From Kineosporiaceae bacterium (GTDB lineage: Bacteria > Actinomycetota > Actinomycetes > Actinomycetales > Kineosporiaceae), in NCBI GenBank assembly GCA_036518955.1, contig DATDMG010000234.1, positions 12,767 through 76,766 on the forward strand: a DNA stretch of 64,000 bases, given 5' to 3'. Below are positions 1 through 9,633 of this stretch, in pieces (positions within the stretch are counted from its first letter, which is position 1; every line of letters starts with the position of its first letter). A program made the translations under genes and the position numbers. The notes below the pieces were generated by a model. It ran no database searches. It was not told the origin of the DNA and saw only the letters and a program-made list of their open reading frames with translations.

Positions 1-460
1 CAGGCGTCGGCGGGACGACGAGGCCGGGCGCCGTCCCGGCCGGTTCGAGGACATCGGCCCCCTCCGGGACGGTGGCCTGCTTGCGGGTGCCCGCGGCCAC
101 CGCCTCGGGGTCCGCCGGCCGCCGACGGCGTCGGAGCAGGTCGTCGACGACGGCGCCGATCCGCCGCTCCAGGGCCTCGTCGAGCACCGGCGGGCGGCCC
201 TGGACGTCGCCCACCACGCGCGCGGTGAGGTCGTCGGCGGTGGGGCCCAGCCCGCCGCTGGTGATCACCAGGTCATGGTCCTCGGCCAGGTGTCGCAACG
301 CGGTGGCGAGGTCGGCGGGCCGGTCCCCGACGACCACGACCCGGCCGACGTCCACGCCCGCGACGCGCAGTTGCTCGGCGAGCCAGGGACCGTTGCGGTC
401 CGCCACGCGCCCGGTGAGGACCTCGGTCCCGGTGATCAGGATGCCCGCCCGTACCGACAT
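1..460 (-). CDS. cinA: CinA-like competence/damage-inducible protein, N-terminal molybdopterin-binding domain. Only the 5' part is present; the gene runs off the window edge.
   Basis: Not in the ORF track because there is no stop in the window. My own minus-strand translation from ATG at 460 gives [51 protein letters not shown]...[15 protein letters not shown], a typical CinA/MoCF-domain N-terminus. Confidence 0.6.
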   Translation of the reverse strand, partial: MSVRAGILITGTEVLTGRVADRNGPWLAEQLRVAGVDVGRVVVVGDRPADLATALRHLAEDHDLVITSGGLGPTADDLTARVVGDVQGRPPVLDEALERRIGAVVDDLLRRRRRPADPEAVAAGTRKQATVPEGADVLEPAGTAPGLVVPPTP

Positions 461-566
461 GTCCCGTACGCTACCCAGTCGGCCGGCCACGGCCCCGGCC
501 CGGCTCATCCGGGTGGCGGCCGCAGCACCGGGAGCGTGCGGTCGGTCCGGGGAGCGCTCGGCGCCG

Positions 567-2594
567 TCAGCCCAGGTCGCGCGGATCGATCTGGACCCGG
601 ACGGCGCCCGCCTCCCGGCGCGCGCTGCGGACCGCCGCGGCGTCTCGCAGCGCCCGGGCCAGCTCCGGCCCCAGCCGGCGGTCCGACCTCAGGACGGCTC
701 GGGAGACGCCGTCCTGCGCGTCGCCGGGCGACCCGCCGGGCACGGCGGGCGCCGTCCCGGTGGTGGCCGGCGGACGCGCGGCGACCGGCCGCCCGGGAGC
801 AGGTGCGGCCTCGTGCGGCACCGGCCCGAGCACCGCCGTCCCGGCCGGGAGCCGGACCAGGTCGAGCATCGAGCGGACGGCGGAGGCCGGGCCGGTGAGC
901 GTGGCGACCGCGGCGGCCGGAGGCAGCCGCAGCTCGGCCCGCTCGGCGAGCTCACGCTCGGCGAAGCCGGCCGGGTCGGAGCGGACCAGCGCCTGCACGG
1001 CGGGCGCCGCCGGATCGGCGCAGACCACCACGAGTCCGCGCTCGGCCGCGGGGCGCACCAACGCGGCGGCCGCGCGCCACCTGCGCAGCGCCTCCTCCCC
1101 GGCCCGCAGGTCCGGACGCTCCAGCAGGGAATCACCGTCCAGCAGCACGGCGGCCGCGTACCCGCCCTCCACCGGCGGCTCGACCCCCGCCGTCGCGAGG
1201 ACCAACGTCCGGCCCGGTGGCACCCGCGGCAGCTCCCGGTCCGCCCGGCTCAGCACCACCCCGGCACCGGGAAAGGCCCGGCCCAGCTCCTCCGCCGTCC
1301 GGTCGACGCCGACCGACCGGGCGCGCAGCCGCCGGCCCTGGCACGTCGAGCAGGTCCAGGCCGGCAGCGCGCGGCCGCACCAACCGCACTGGGGGATGTG
1401 GACGCCGTCTCCGGCCGCCAGGGCCACCGGCCCCTGGCAGTCCGGGCATCGTGCCGGGCGCCGGCAGGTCTGGCACGACAGGCCCGGCAGGTAGCCCGAG
1501 CGGACGACCTGCACGAGCACCGGTCCGCGAACCAACCCGTCATGGACGGCGCGCCACGCCACCGGGGGCATCCGCGCAGCCCGGGCCGTCGGGTCGTCGT
1601 CCGGGTGACCGTCCGCGGCGACCGCGACCCGCGGCCACCGGCTGCGCTGGCTGGCCCGGTCCGGGACGAGCTGCCGGGCCCAGCCGCACTCCACCAACGC
1701 GGCCGCCTCCACGCTCCGGCTCCACCCACCGAGCAGGGCGGCGGCCCCCTGCTGGTCCGCACGCAGGCGCAGCACCTCCCGGGCGTGCGGGTAAGGCGCC
1801 CGGAGGTCCGCGTGCTGATCGTCCCCGTCGTCCCAGACGACCACCAGGCCGAGGCGGGTGACCGGCGCGAACGCACAGGCGCGGGTGCCGACCGCGACCT
1901 GGGCGTGGCCCCGCAGCAGCCTCAGGTAGGCCGTGTACCGGGCGGCCGGGCCGACGTCCGCCTCGAGCCGGGCCACCCGGTGCGCGCCGAGGAGCGCCGT
2001 CAGGCGGGCCTCGACCCGGTCGCCGTCCCGCCGGTCGGGGACGACCACGACCGAACCACGCCCGGACGCCGCCGTGGCGGCCACCGCGCGAGCGATCGCC
2101 TCCGGCCAGCTCGGACCGGGCAGAGCCGTCCAGACGCCGCGGGGGGCGCCGCCGGCGGCCAGCCGGCCGAGGAACGCCGCGCCGGCCGGGTAGGCCGCCC
2201 ACGGGCCGGGGTCGCCGGGCGCCGGGGGCGGCCCCGGGGGAACCGGTGCCTGCCGGGTCAGTTCTTCCTCGGCGCGGGCGTGCCGCGGCGGGACAGCCAG
2301 CCGCAGCACGTCCCCGAGCGTGCCGGCGTACCGGTCCGCGACGGCCCGCGCCAGGGCGAGCAGCGCAGGGGTCAGGATCGGCTCCGGTGACACCACCCGA
2401 CGGATCGGGGCCAGCCCTCGCGGGTGGTCGGTCGCGGCCACCCGCTCCAGCAGCCAGCCGTCGACGTCCTGGCCGGCGAACCGCACCCGCACCCGCACCC
2501 CCGGCCGGGCCGCCTGCGCCATCGGCTCCGGAACGGCGTAGTCGAAGGGCCGGTCCAGGTGGGGCAGCGGCACGTCGACCACCACTCGTGCCAC
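567..2594 (-). CDS. priA: Primosomal protein N' (PriA) with degenerate helicase motifs I and II
   Basis: Track ORF with GTG start. The N-terminus [23 protein letters not shown] is PriA-like. Cys-rich zinc region [24 protein letters not shown] is present. See the finding on the missing GKT and DExH motifs. Confidence 0.88.
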   Translation of the reverse strand: MARVVVDVPLPHLDRPFDYAVPEPMAQAARPGVRVRVRFAGQDVDGWLLERVAATDHPRGLAPIRRVVSPEPILTPALLALARAVADRYAGTLGDVLRLAVPPRHARAEEELTRQAPVPPGPPPAPGDPGPWAAYPAGAAFLGRLAAGGAPRGVWTALPGPSWPEAIARAVAATAASGRGSVVVVPDRRDGDRVEARLTALLGAHRVARLEADVGPAARYTAYLRLLRGHAQVAVGTRACAFAPVTRLGLVVVWDDGDDQHADLRAPYPHAREVLRLRADQQGAAALLGGWSRSVEAAALVECGWARQLVPDRASQRSRWPRVAVAADGHPDDDPTARAARMPPVAWRAVHDGLVRGPVLVQVVRSGYLPGLSCQTCRRPARCPDCQGPVALAAGDGVHIPQCGWCGRALPAWTCSTCQGRRLRARSVGVDRTAEELGRAFPGAGVVLSRADRELPRVPPGRTLVLATAGVEPPVEGGYAAAVLLDGDSLLERPDLRAGEEALRRWRAAAALVRPAAERGLVVVCADPAAPAVQALVRSDPAGFAERELAERAELRLPPAAAVATLTGPASAVRSMLDLVRLPAGTAVLGPVPHEAAPAPGRPVAARPPATTGTAPAVPGGSPGDAQDGVSRAVLRSDRRLGPELARALRDAAAVRSARREAGAVRVQIDPRDLG

Positions 2595-2653
2595 GGGCAG
2601 CTCGGCAGCGGCCGGCGCGGGTCGCTTCGGGCGCCGTCCGTGGGCGGCGGAGC

Positions 2654-2673
2654 GGAGCAGCTCCAGCTGCTCC
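2654..2673 (-). terminator. Perfect 8-bp stem / 4-nt loop hairpin immediately 3' of metK
   Basis: Minus strand GGAGCAGC-TGGA-GCTGCTCC begins 7 nt after the metK TAA stop. No U-tract follows, which is common in high-GC actinobacteria. Confidence 0.4.
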
Positions 2674-2679
2674 GGTCCG

Positions 2680-3870
2680 TTACTGGACAGCAGCCCGCAA
2701 CGCCTCGACCCGGTTGGTCCGCTCCCAGGTCAGCTCGGGCAGCTCGCGCCCGAAGTGCCCGTAGGCGGCGGTCTGCCGGTAGATCGGGCGCAGCAGATCC
2801 AGGTCGCGGATGATCGCGGCAGGGCGGAGGTCGAAGACCTCGGTGATGCCCCGGCGCAGCTTCTGGACGTCGATGGTCTCCGTCCCGAAGGTCTCCACGT
2901 ACAGCCCGACCGGGTGCGCCTTGCCGATCGCGTACGCGATCTGCACCTCACAGCGCCGGGCGAGCCCGGCGGCCACCACGTTCTTGGCGACCCAGCGCAT
3001 CGCGTAGGCGGCCGAGCGGTCGACCTTCGACGGGTCCTTGCCCGAGAAGGCACCGCCGCCGTGCCGGGCGTAGCCGCCGTACGTGTCAACGATGATCTTG
3101 CGTCCGGTCAGGCCGGCGTCGCCCATCGGGCCGCCGACCTCGAACCGGCCCGTCGGGTTGACCAGCAGCCGATAGGTGGACGAGTCGATGTCCACCCGGT
3201 CCAGCACCGGCTTGACCACGTGGTCGGCGATGTCGGGCTGGAGGAGGTTCTCCAGCGAGACGTCGGGGGCGTGCTGGCTGGACACCACCACCGTGTCGAG
3301 CCGGACCGGGCGGTCCCCGTCGTACTCGATCGTCACCTGGGTCTTGCCGTCGGGCCGTAGGTAGGGCACCTCGCCGCTCTTGCGGACCTCGGTGAGCCGC
3401 TCCGCCAGCCGGTGCGCGAGCCAGATCGGCAGCGGCAGCAGCTCGGGCGTGTCGTCGTTCGCGTAGCCGAACATCAGGCCCTGGTCGCCCGCGCCCTGCA
3501 GGTCGAGCGGGTCGACCCCGGCCTCCACCCGCGCCTCGTACGCCTGGTCCACGCCCTGGGCGATGTCCGGGGACTGCGACCCGATCGACACCTCGACCCC
3601 GCACGAGGCTCCGTCGAAACCCTTCGTCGAGGAGTCGTACCCGATGTTCAGGATCGTCTGGCGCACGGTGGTCGGGATGTCGACGTAGGCCTCGGTGGTG
3701 ACCTCACCCGCGACGTGCACGAGACCGGTGGTGACCAACGTCTCCACGGCGACCCGACTACGGGGATCCTCGGCGAGAAGGGCGTCGAGGATGGCGTCGC
3801 TGATCTGGTCGCAGATCTTGTCCGGGTGACCCTCGGTGACGGACTCGGAGGTGAACAGACGATGAGACAC
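2680..3870 (-). CDS. metK: S-adenosylmethionine synthetase
   Basis: Track ORF 2680..4158 trimmed to GTG at 3870. [25 protein letters not shown] is the canonical MetK N-terminus. [12 protein letters not shown] and [11 protein letters not shown] motifs are present. Confidence 0.96.
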   Translation of the reverse strand: MSHRLFTSESVTEGHPDKICDQISDAILDALLAEDPRSRVAVETLVTTGLVHVAGEVTTEAYVDIPTTVRQTILNIGYDSSTKGFDGASCGVEVSIGSQSPDIAQGVDQAYEARVEAGVDPLDLQGAGDQGLMFGYANDDTPELLPLPIWLAHRLAERLTEVRKSGEVPYLRPDGKTQVTIEYDGDRPVRLDTVVVSSQHAPDVSLENLLQPDIADHVVKPVLDRVDIDSSTYRLLVNPTGRFEVGGPMGDAGLTGRKIIVDTYGGYARHGGGAFSGKDPSKVDRSAAYAMRWVAKNVVAAGLARRCEVQIAYAIGKAHPVGLYVETFGTETIDVQKLRRGITEVFDLRPAAIIRDLDLLRPIYRQTAAYGHFGRELPELTWERTNRVEALRAAVQ

Positions 3871-4000
3871 GGGGCTCCTGTCGATGCAGCGGCTGCTGGC
3901 TGGCGCGGGCCCGGCACGGCGCTCAGCATCGTCGCTGATCCGGCGGCCCGCGGCGGAACCCACTCTACCGATCGGTCGACGCGGCGCCCGCCGGACCAGC

Positions 4001-4022
4001 AAAGGGGGGCGCCCGTGCCCCC
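4001..4022 (-). terminator. GC hairpin plus TTT, 3' of coaBC
   Basis: Minus strand GGGGGCACGGGCGCCCCCC followed by TTTG, starting about 14 nt after the coaBC TGA stop. Confidence 0.45.
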
Positions 4023-4036
4023 GGCGAGGGCGAGGA

Positions 4037-5317
4037 TCAGCTCGGCATGCCGGACGGTGCTGCGGAGCGCTCACTCTCCGGTACAGAGCGTGACAGTCGG
4101 CGCACCACCGCATCCCAGACGGCATCGGCGACGAGGCCCTTGTCGCCCTCGACCGCACCGCGCACGACCACCCCGCCGCCGTCCGCCTCCAGCAGGGTCA
4201 CGGCGGTGTCGGTACGGCCGAAGACCTTGCCCGCGGACACGTCGTTGACGACGAGCAGGTCGCACCCCTTGCGCTCCAGCTTGGCCCGGGCATGGTGGAG
4301 CACGTCACCGCTGTCGTCGCCGGTCTCGGCCGCGAAGCCGACGATGACGGCCGCTCCGGGGGCCCCCGCGGTGCGCCGCGCGACGAGCTCGGCGAGCACG
4401 TCCGGGTTCCGCACGAGCCGGACGACGGGCGCACCCTCCCCGCCGTCCGACTTCTTGATCTTGTATTCGGCGACCGCCTCCGGCCGGAAGTCGGCGACCG
4501 CGGCAGCCATCACCACGACGTCCGCGGTGGGCGCGGTGGCGAACACCGCCTCCCGCAGCTCGAGAGCGGTCCCGACCCGGACGACGTCCGCGCCGGCAGG
4601 CTCCGGGAGCGCGACGTTCGCCGACACCAACGTCACCTTCGCGCCCCGGGCGACCGCCGCGGCAGCCAGCGCGCAGCCCTGCACGCCCGACGACCGGTTG
4701 CCCAGGTAACGCACCGGGTCGAGCGGCTCCCGGGTTCCCCCGGCACTGATCACGACCTGCAGCCCGGCGAGGTCGGGCTCGAGCCCACCCACCCCCCGGA
4801 CCAGCAGGCGACGGGCCACCCCGAAGATCGCCTCCGGCTCGGGCAACCGGCCGCGGCCGGTATCGGCCCCGGTGAGGCGACCGCTCGCCGGGTCGAGCAC
4901 GACGACGCCGCGCCGGCGCAGCAGCGCGACGTTGGCCTGGGTGGCGGGGTGCTCCCACATCTCGGTGTGCATCGCGGGCGCCAGCAGCACCGGGCAGCGG
5001 GCGGTGAGCAGGACGGCGGTGAGCAGATCGTCGGCACGCCCGGCCGCCGCCCGGGCCATCAGGTCAGCGGTCGCGGGTGCCACCACCACGAGCTCGGCCC
5101 GCTGCCCGAGCCGGACGTGCGGCACCTCGTGCACGTCGTCCCAGACGGACGTCGCGACAGGGTGCCCGGACAGGGCCGACCAGGTGGCCTCGCCGACGAA
5201 CCGCAGTGCGGACGCCGTGGGGACGACCTGCACGTCGTGGCCGGTCTCGGTGAACCGGCGCAACAACGAGCAGGCCTTGTAGGCGGCGATCCCGCCCGCC
5301 ACCCCGAGCAGGATCAC
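4037..5317 (-). CDS. coaBC: Bifunctional phosphopantothenoylcysteine decarboxylase / phosphopantothenate-cysteine ligase
   Basis: N-terminus [22 protein letters not shown] is the flavoprotein domain. The C-terminal half contains [22 protein letters not shown] (CoaB domain). GTG start. Confidence 0.94.
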   Translation of the reverse strand: MILLGVAGGIAAYKACSLLRRFTETGHDVQVVPTASALRFVGEATWSALSGHPVATSVWDDVHEVPHVRLGQRAELVVVAPATADLMARAAAGRADDLLTAVLLTARCPVLLAPAMHTEMWEHPATQANVALLRRRGVVVLDPASGRLTGADTGRGRLPEPEAIFGVARRLLVRGVGGLEPDLAGLQVVISAGGTREPLDPVRYLGNRSSGVQGCALAAAAVARGAKVTLVSANVALPEPAGADVVRVGTALELREAVFATAPTADVVVMAAAVADFRPEAVAEYKIKKSDGGEGAPVVRLVRNPDVLAELVARRTAGAPGAAVIVGFAAETGDDSGDVLHHARAKLERKGCDLLVVNDVSAGKVFGRTDTAVTLLEADGGGVVVRGAVEGDKGLVADAVWDAVVRRLSRSVPESERSAAPSGMPS

Positions 5318-5348
5318 GGCAGGACCGGGACCGGCGCCCCGCTGCCAC

Positions 5349-5723
5349 TCACTGGTCGACCGGCTCCGCGGTCAGCAGGCCCTCGTTGATCTCACGCAGG
5401 GCTACCGACAGCGGCTTCTCCTGGACGTGGGTCTCCACCAGCGGCCCGACGTACTCCAGCAGGCCCTCGCCGAGCTGGGAATAGTAGGCGTTGATCTGCC
5501 GGGCGCGCTTGGCCGCGTAGATGACCAGGGCGTACTTGGAATCGGCTGCCCGGAGCAGCTCGTCGATCGGCGGGTTGGTGATGCCCTCGGGCGTCGCGGT
5601 GGTCCCGGACAAAGGATCGTCTCCCGGTTCGTGGTTGAGGTCACCGTCAGTGACGCTCCGTGTGGTCAGCCCTCGCTGAAGTGCGCTTGCGGCACCACCG
5701 GCCGAGGGTTCAGACCCATGCAT
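5349..5723 (-). CDS. rpoZ: DNA-directed RNA polymerase subunit omega
   Basis: [51 protein letters not shown] is the conserved actinobacterial RpoZ core. ATG 5723 is the only canonical in-frame start, but it overlaps the gmk 3' end by 58 nt, so the start is uncertain. Confidence 0.9.
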   Translation of the reverse strand: MHGSEPSAGGAASALQRGLTTRSVTDGDLNHEPGDDPLSGTTATPEGITNPPIDELLRAADSKYALVIYAAKRARQINAYYSQLGEGLLEYVGPLVETHVQEKPLSVALREINEGLLTAEPVDQ

Positions 5724-6289
5724 TGTACGAGCTCGTCGGTGGCCTGGTGGACGTCGGAATTGACGATGGTCACGTCGAACTCCGACTCCGCCGCCAGTTC
5801 CTCCTGGGCGGTGGTCAATCGACGCTCACGCTCGTCGGCGGTCTCGGTGCCCCGGCCGATCAGCCGCCGGACCAGCTCGTCCCACGACGGCGGCGCGAGG
5901 AAGACGAACAGCGCGTCGGGCATCGCGGCCTTGACCTGCCGCGCCCCCTGCAGGTCGATCTCCAGCAGGGTCGGCCGGCCGGCGGCCACGGCCTCTTCGA
6001 CGGGACGGCGCGGGGTGCCGTACCGGTGCCGGCCGTGCACCACGGCCCACTCCAGCAACTCACCGTCGGCGACCATCAGGTCGAACATCGCTTCATTGAC
6101 GAAGATGTAGTGCTGGCCGTCGACCTCACCCGGACGACGCGGCCGGGTCGTCGCCGACACCGACAGCCAGACCTCCGGGTACCGCGCCCGGATGTCAGCG
6201 GAGACGGTGCCCTTGCCCACGGCGGTGGGCCCGGCGAGCACGGTCAACCGCCGATGGGTCGGATTTCCCCGAGACCGTTGGCCAGCCAC
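5666..6289 (-). CDS. gmk: Guanylate kinase
   Basis: Track ORF trimmed to GTG 6289, 4 nt after the mihF stop. P-loop [11 protein letters not shown] and [22 protein letters not shown] are present. Confidence 0.93.
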   Translation of the reverse strand: MAGQRSRGNPTHRRLTVLAGPTAVGKGTVSADIRARYPEVWLSVSATTRPRRPGEVDGQHYIFVNEAMFDLMVADGELLEWAVVHGRHRYGTPRRPVEEAVAAGRPTLLEIDLQGARQVKAAMPDALFVFLAPPSWDELVRRLIGRGTETADERERRLTTAQEELAAESEFDVTIVNSDVHQATDELVQCMGLNPRPVVPQAHFSEG

Positions 6290-6293
6290 CGCG

Positions 6294-6608
6294 TCAGCGG
6301 GAGAAGCGCTCGATGAGAGCGGCGATCTGGTTCGACCCCAGGCCACGCACCCGGCGCGACTCGGAGATCCCGATCTCCTCCATGATCTGACGGGCACGCA
6401 CCTTGCCGACGCCGGGGAGGGCCTCCAGCAGGGACGAGACCTTCATCTTGCCGATCACCTCGTCGGTCTGACCCCGGTGGATGGAGTCGGCCAGGGAGCC
6501 CTGGGAGTACTTGAGCTTGTTCTTCTCCTCGGCCCGGGCCCGCCGCGCAGCAGCGGCCTTCTCCAGGGCTGCGGCACGTTGCTCGGGAGTCAGAGGGGGC
6601 AGAGCCAC
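6294..6608 (-). CDS. mihF: Integration host factor MihF/sIHF (actinobacterial nucleoid-associated protein)
   Basis: Trimmed to GTG 6608, which is preceded by a [32 protein letters not shown]...[28 protein letters not shown] matches MihF. Confidence 0.9.
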   Translation of the reverse strand: MALPPLTPEQRAAALEKAAAARRARAEEKNKLKYSQGSLADSIHRGQTDEVIGKMKVSSLLEALPGVGKVRARQIMEEIGISESRRVRGLGSNQIAALIERFSR

Positions 6609-6646
6609 TAGGTCACCTCGGTCGATCGGTTGCGTGGGCAGTTCCG

Positions 6647-6676
6647 ATAGTAATGATGATGATTTGGCGATGGTAA
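6647..6676 (-). promoter_or_regulatory. Candidate sigma-70-type promoter of mihF
   Basis: This is the only AT-rich island in the neighbourhood. Minus strand reads TTACCA - 18 nt - TACTAT, about 35 nt upstream of the mihF GTG. Sequence-only prediction. Confidence 0.35.
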
Positions 6677-6797
6677 ACGTCCGGGCGAGTCGGCCACCCA
6701 TGCCTCACATGCTTGTCGCCACCCCCGGGAGCCAGCATCTCACCGCAGGCCAGAAACCTATCGACTCGCTGCCCGGCCGGGCAACGCGGCCGGTGCA

Positions 6798-7664
6798 TCA
6801 CCCGGCCAGGGCCTGCCGCACGTCCCCCAGGGCGCGCTGCCCCGCCGCGCGCAGGCCTCCCACCGAGGGCCCGCCGCCGAGCACCTGGCGGCTGGAGCTC
6901 GGCAGCACCGCACCCAAGGCCGCACCGAACACGGCCCGCAGGTCCGCCGCGGTCGCGCCCTGGGCGCCGATACCCGGCGCGAGCAGGGGCCCGTGGACGT
7001 CGGCCAGGGGCAGGCCGAGCGCGCGCACGGCGTCGGCTCCGACGGTCGCGCCGACGACGGCCCCGAAGGACCCCAGCGGGCGGCCGGCGGCGATCTCGGC
7101 GACGTTCTCCCCCCGGACACCCTCCAGGACAGCGCACGCCACGCTGCGCCCGTCCGGGCCGACCGCGTGCTGGACGCCGGCGCCCTCCGGGTTCGACGTC
7201 AGCCCGAGCACGAACACCCCGCGACCGGTGGTGGCGGCGAGGTCGAGCAGCGGACGCAGCGACCCGAAGCCCAGGTAGGGGGAGGCGGTGACCGCGTCGG
7301 CCGCCAGCGGCGAGCCCTCCCCCGTGAACGCGTCGGCGTAGGCCGCCATGGTGGAACCGATGTCGCCGCGCTTGGCGTCGGCGATCGTGAGCGCCCCGGC
7401 CGCGGCCGCCTCGGCGAGCACCCGCTCCAGGACGGCGACGCCGCGGGACCCGTGCCGCTCGAAGAAGGCGACCTGCGGCTTCAGCACGGCGACCCGATCG
7501 GCGAGGGCCTCCACCACGGTGAGGCTGAAGCGCTCCAGGCCGCGGGCGTCGTCCGGCAGGCCCCAGGCCGCGAGCAGGCCCGGGTGGGGGTCGACGCCCA
7601 CGCAGAGCGGCCCGCGCGCCGCCATGGCCGCATGCAGGCGCGCCCCGAACGGCTCCCTCGTCAC
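6798..7664 (-). CDS. pyrF: Orotidine 5'-phosphate decarboxylase (type 2)
   Basis: Trimmed to GTG 7664, which overlaps the pyrD stop (GTGA), with AGGAGGAGGGG upstream. Contains [12 protein letters not shown] and [12 protein letters not shown]. Confidence 0.93.
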   Translation of the reverse strand: MTREPFGARLHAAMAARGPLCVGVDPHPGLLAAWGLPDDARGLERFSLTVVEALADRVAVLKPQVAFFERHGSRGVAVLERVLAEAAAAGALTIADAKRGDIGSTMAAYADAFTGEGSPLAADAVTASPYLGFGSLRPLLDLAATTGRGVFVLGLTSNPEGAGVQHAVGPDGRSVACAVLEGVRGENVAEIAAGRPLGSFGAVVGATVGADAVRALGLPLADVHGPLLAPGIGAQGATAADLRAVFGAALGAVLPSSSRQVLGGGPSVGGLRAAGQRALGDVRQALAG

Positions 7665-8674
7665 GACCCCTCCTCCTGATCTCGCGCCAGCGCCACGTGG
7701 GCGTACCCGACGGCGTCCGCGAACCGGGGGAACCCACGCTCGGCCACCAGCGTGGCCAGCTCCCGGCCGACCCGCAGGGGCGCCCCCGGATCGTGGAACG
7801 TCGCCGTCCCGACCTGGACCGCGCACGCCCCGGCCAGCACGAGCTCCAGCGCGTCGCGGCCGGTGCGGACGCCACCGATCCCCACGATCGGCGCCGGCCG
7901 GAGCGCCCCGGCGCGCATCGCGGCATGCACCTGCCAGACGCACCGGACGGCGATCGGCCGGACGGCCGGCCCGGACAGGCCGCCGGTGACCCCGGCGAGG
8001 GCGGGCCGCAACGTGTCGACGTCGATCACCATGCCCAGGGTCGTGTTGATCATCGCCAGCCCGTGGGCCCCGGCGTCCAGGACGGCGCGGGCGATCGCGA
8101 CCAGATCCGTCACATCGGGCGAGAGCTTGGCCAGCACCGGCACGCGACCCGCGACCGCCTCCACGACCTGCGCGACCACCTGGGCGGATGACTGCGGGTC
8201 GCAGGCGAAGACCAGGCCGCGGCCGGCGACGTTGGGGCAGGAGATGTTCACCTCGATCGCGGCCACCCCGGGCTCGCCGGCGAGCCGGCCGGCGAGCTCG
8301 GCGAACTCGGCCGCGTCGTTGCCGGCGATCGAGACGATCGCGGTGGCACCGGCCTCCCGCAACCACGGCAGATCCTTGGCGAGGAAGGCGTCGATGCCCG
8401 GCCCCTGCAAGCCGATCGAGTTCAGCATCCCGGACGGCGTCTCGGCCATCCGCGGGGTCGGACGGCCCGACCGGGGCGCGCGCAGGATCGACTTGGTGAC
8501 GACCGCCCCCAGCTGCGCGACGTCGTAGAGGCAGCCCAGCTCGCGGCCCGCCGCCGCGCACCCGCTCGCCGTCAGCACCGGGTTGGACAGGGTCAGGCCG
8601 GCGAGCGACGTGGTCGGGTCGAACGTGGTCGGGTCGAACGTGGTGGGGCCGGAACCGGCTGGCAGGGGCGTCAC
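7661..8674 (-). CDS. pyrD: Dihydroorotate dehydrogenase class 1B, catalytic subunit
   Basis: Trimmed to GTG 8674, overlapping the pyrK stop (GTGA). Contains [20 protein letters not shown] and EVNISCPN. The N-terminus carries a [13 protein letters not shown] duplication. Confidence 0.9.
   Translation of the reverse strand: MTPLPAGSGPTTFDPTTFDPTTSLAGLTLSNPVLTASGCAAAGRELGCLYDVAQLGAVVTKSILRAPRSGRPTPRMAETPSGMLNSIGLQGPGIDAFLAKDLPWLREAGATAIVSIAGNDAAEFAELAGRLAGEPGVAAIEVNISCPNVAGRGLVFACDPQSSAQVVAQVVEAVAGRVPVLAKLSPDVTDLVAIARAVLDAGAHGLAMINTTLGMVIDVDTLRPALAGVTGGLSGPAVRPIAVRCVWQVHAAMRAGALRPAPIVGIGGVRTGRDALELVLAGACAVQVGTATFHDPGAPLRVGRELATLVAERGFPRFADAVGYAHVALARDQEEGS
8611..8646 (-). repeat. 15-bp in-frame tandem duplication (2 full units plus a partial) at the pyrD 5' end
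   Basis: Plus strand tggtcgggtcgaacg occurs at 8611-8625 and again at 8626-8640, followed by tggtgg. It encodes [13 protein letters not shown]. Confidence 0.9.
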
Positions 8675-9633
8675 GGATGGCCCCCACCGGTCTTCGGGGC
8701 ACCGAGGCAGTCGGCCGGGACGGCGCTGCCCCCGCCCGGGCGGACGGCGTCCCAGCGCACCGCCTCGCCGCCGAGGGTCGGACCCTCGACGCAGGTCCTG
8801 GTCATCCTGGTCAGGCCGTCGGACCAGCGGACCGGCAGCACACAGGTCATGCAGACCCCGACCCCGCAGGCCATCGACTCCTCGACGGTGCACCAGGGCC
8901 GCGCGCCGTGGGACAGCGCGAGGTCGGTGACCGCGCGCAGCATCGCCATCGGGCCGCAGGCGTAGACGTGTGCCCCTGGTCCGCTCGCCGTCAACAGGTC
9001 ACCCAGCACGTCCGTGACCCGTCCGCGCGCCCCGGCGGAGCCGTCGTCCGTGGTCACCAGCAGGGGGTCGGCGATCTCGGCCGCGTCGTCCACCCCGAAC
9101 AGCCGGTCGACGTCGCCGGCCCCGAGGACGGCGGAGACCCGCACGCCGCGGCCACGCAGCACCCTCCCCCACCACCCCATCGGCGCGCTGCCGTACCCGC
9201 CGCCGACCAGGACCGCGGCGGACCCCGGGTCGGGCGGCGGGAACGGCCGCCCGAGCGGCCCGACGACGTCCAGCTCGTCACCGGGACGGCGCCCGGTCAC
9301 CCAGGTGCTCCCCGGACCGTGCGCAGCCACCACGATCTCGAGCGTGGGCCCGTCGGGCCCGGCCGTGGACGCGCGGTGCAGGGAGAACGCCCGGCGCAGC
9401 AGGGTCGCGGTGGGCTCGCCCGGATCCGCCCCGACGGCGACCGCCACGAACTGGCCGGGGAGCGCCGCGGGCCCGGCGCCCGGCGCCGCCAGGACCAGGT
9501 GCCGATAGGCGCCGGCCGGCCGGTTCGCCAGCACGACGGCGCGCTCCTGCACCGGGCGGGGGCGCCCGTCGTCCAGGTCACCCAGTGCCGGGGCGGCGGC
9601 CGGGGCGGCGGCCGGGGACGGGACGGCACTCAC
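8671..9633 (-). CDS. pyrK: Dihydroorotate dehydrogenase class 1B, electron-transfer (FAD/2Fe-2S) subunit
   Basis: GTG 9633 overlaps the carB stop (GTGA). Ferredoxin-reductase-like body plus C-terminal cluster ligands [14 protein letters not shown]. Confidence 0.88.
   Translation of the reverse strand: MSAVPSPAAAPAAAPALGDLDDGRPRPVQERAVVLANRPAGAYRHLVLAAPGAGPAALPGQFVAVAVGADPGEPTATLLRRAFSLHRASTAGPDGPTLEIVVAAHGPGSTWVTGRRPGDELDVVGPLGRPFPPPDPGSAAVLVGGGYGSAPMGWWGRVLRGRGVRVSAVLGAGDVDRLFGVDDAAEIADPLLVTTDDGSAGARGRVTDVLGDLLTASGPGAHVYACGPMAMLRAVTDLALSHGARPWCTVEESMACGVGVCMTCVLPVRWSDGLTRMTRTCVEGPTLGGEAVRWDAVRPGGGSAVPADCLGAPKTGGGHP

Noticed and set aside
72-2390. 772-aa plus-strand ORF covering most of the priA region
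   Set aside because: It is antisense to a clearly recognisable PriA. The translation is Arg/Pro/Gly/Ala-rich low complexity with no motifs. This is the typical mirror-frame open reading of >70% GC DNA.
3871-4000. Possible SAM riboswitch in the metK leader
   Set aside because: Apart from a TAGAGT -10-like hexamer (plus 3962-3967), I could not recognise any SAM-I/II/IV-type conserved core by eye. This cannot be supported without a covariance-model scan, which would settle it.
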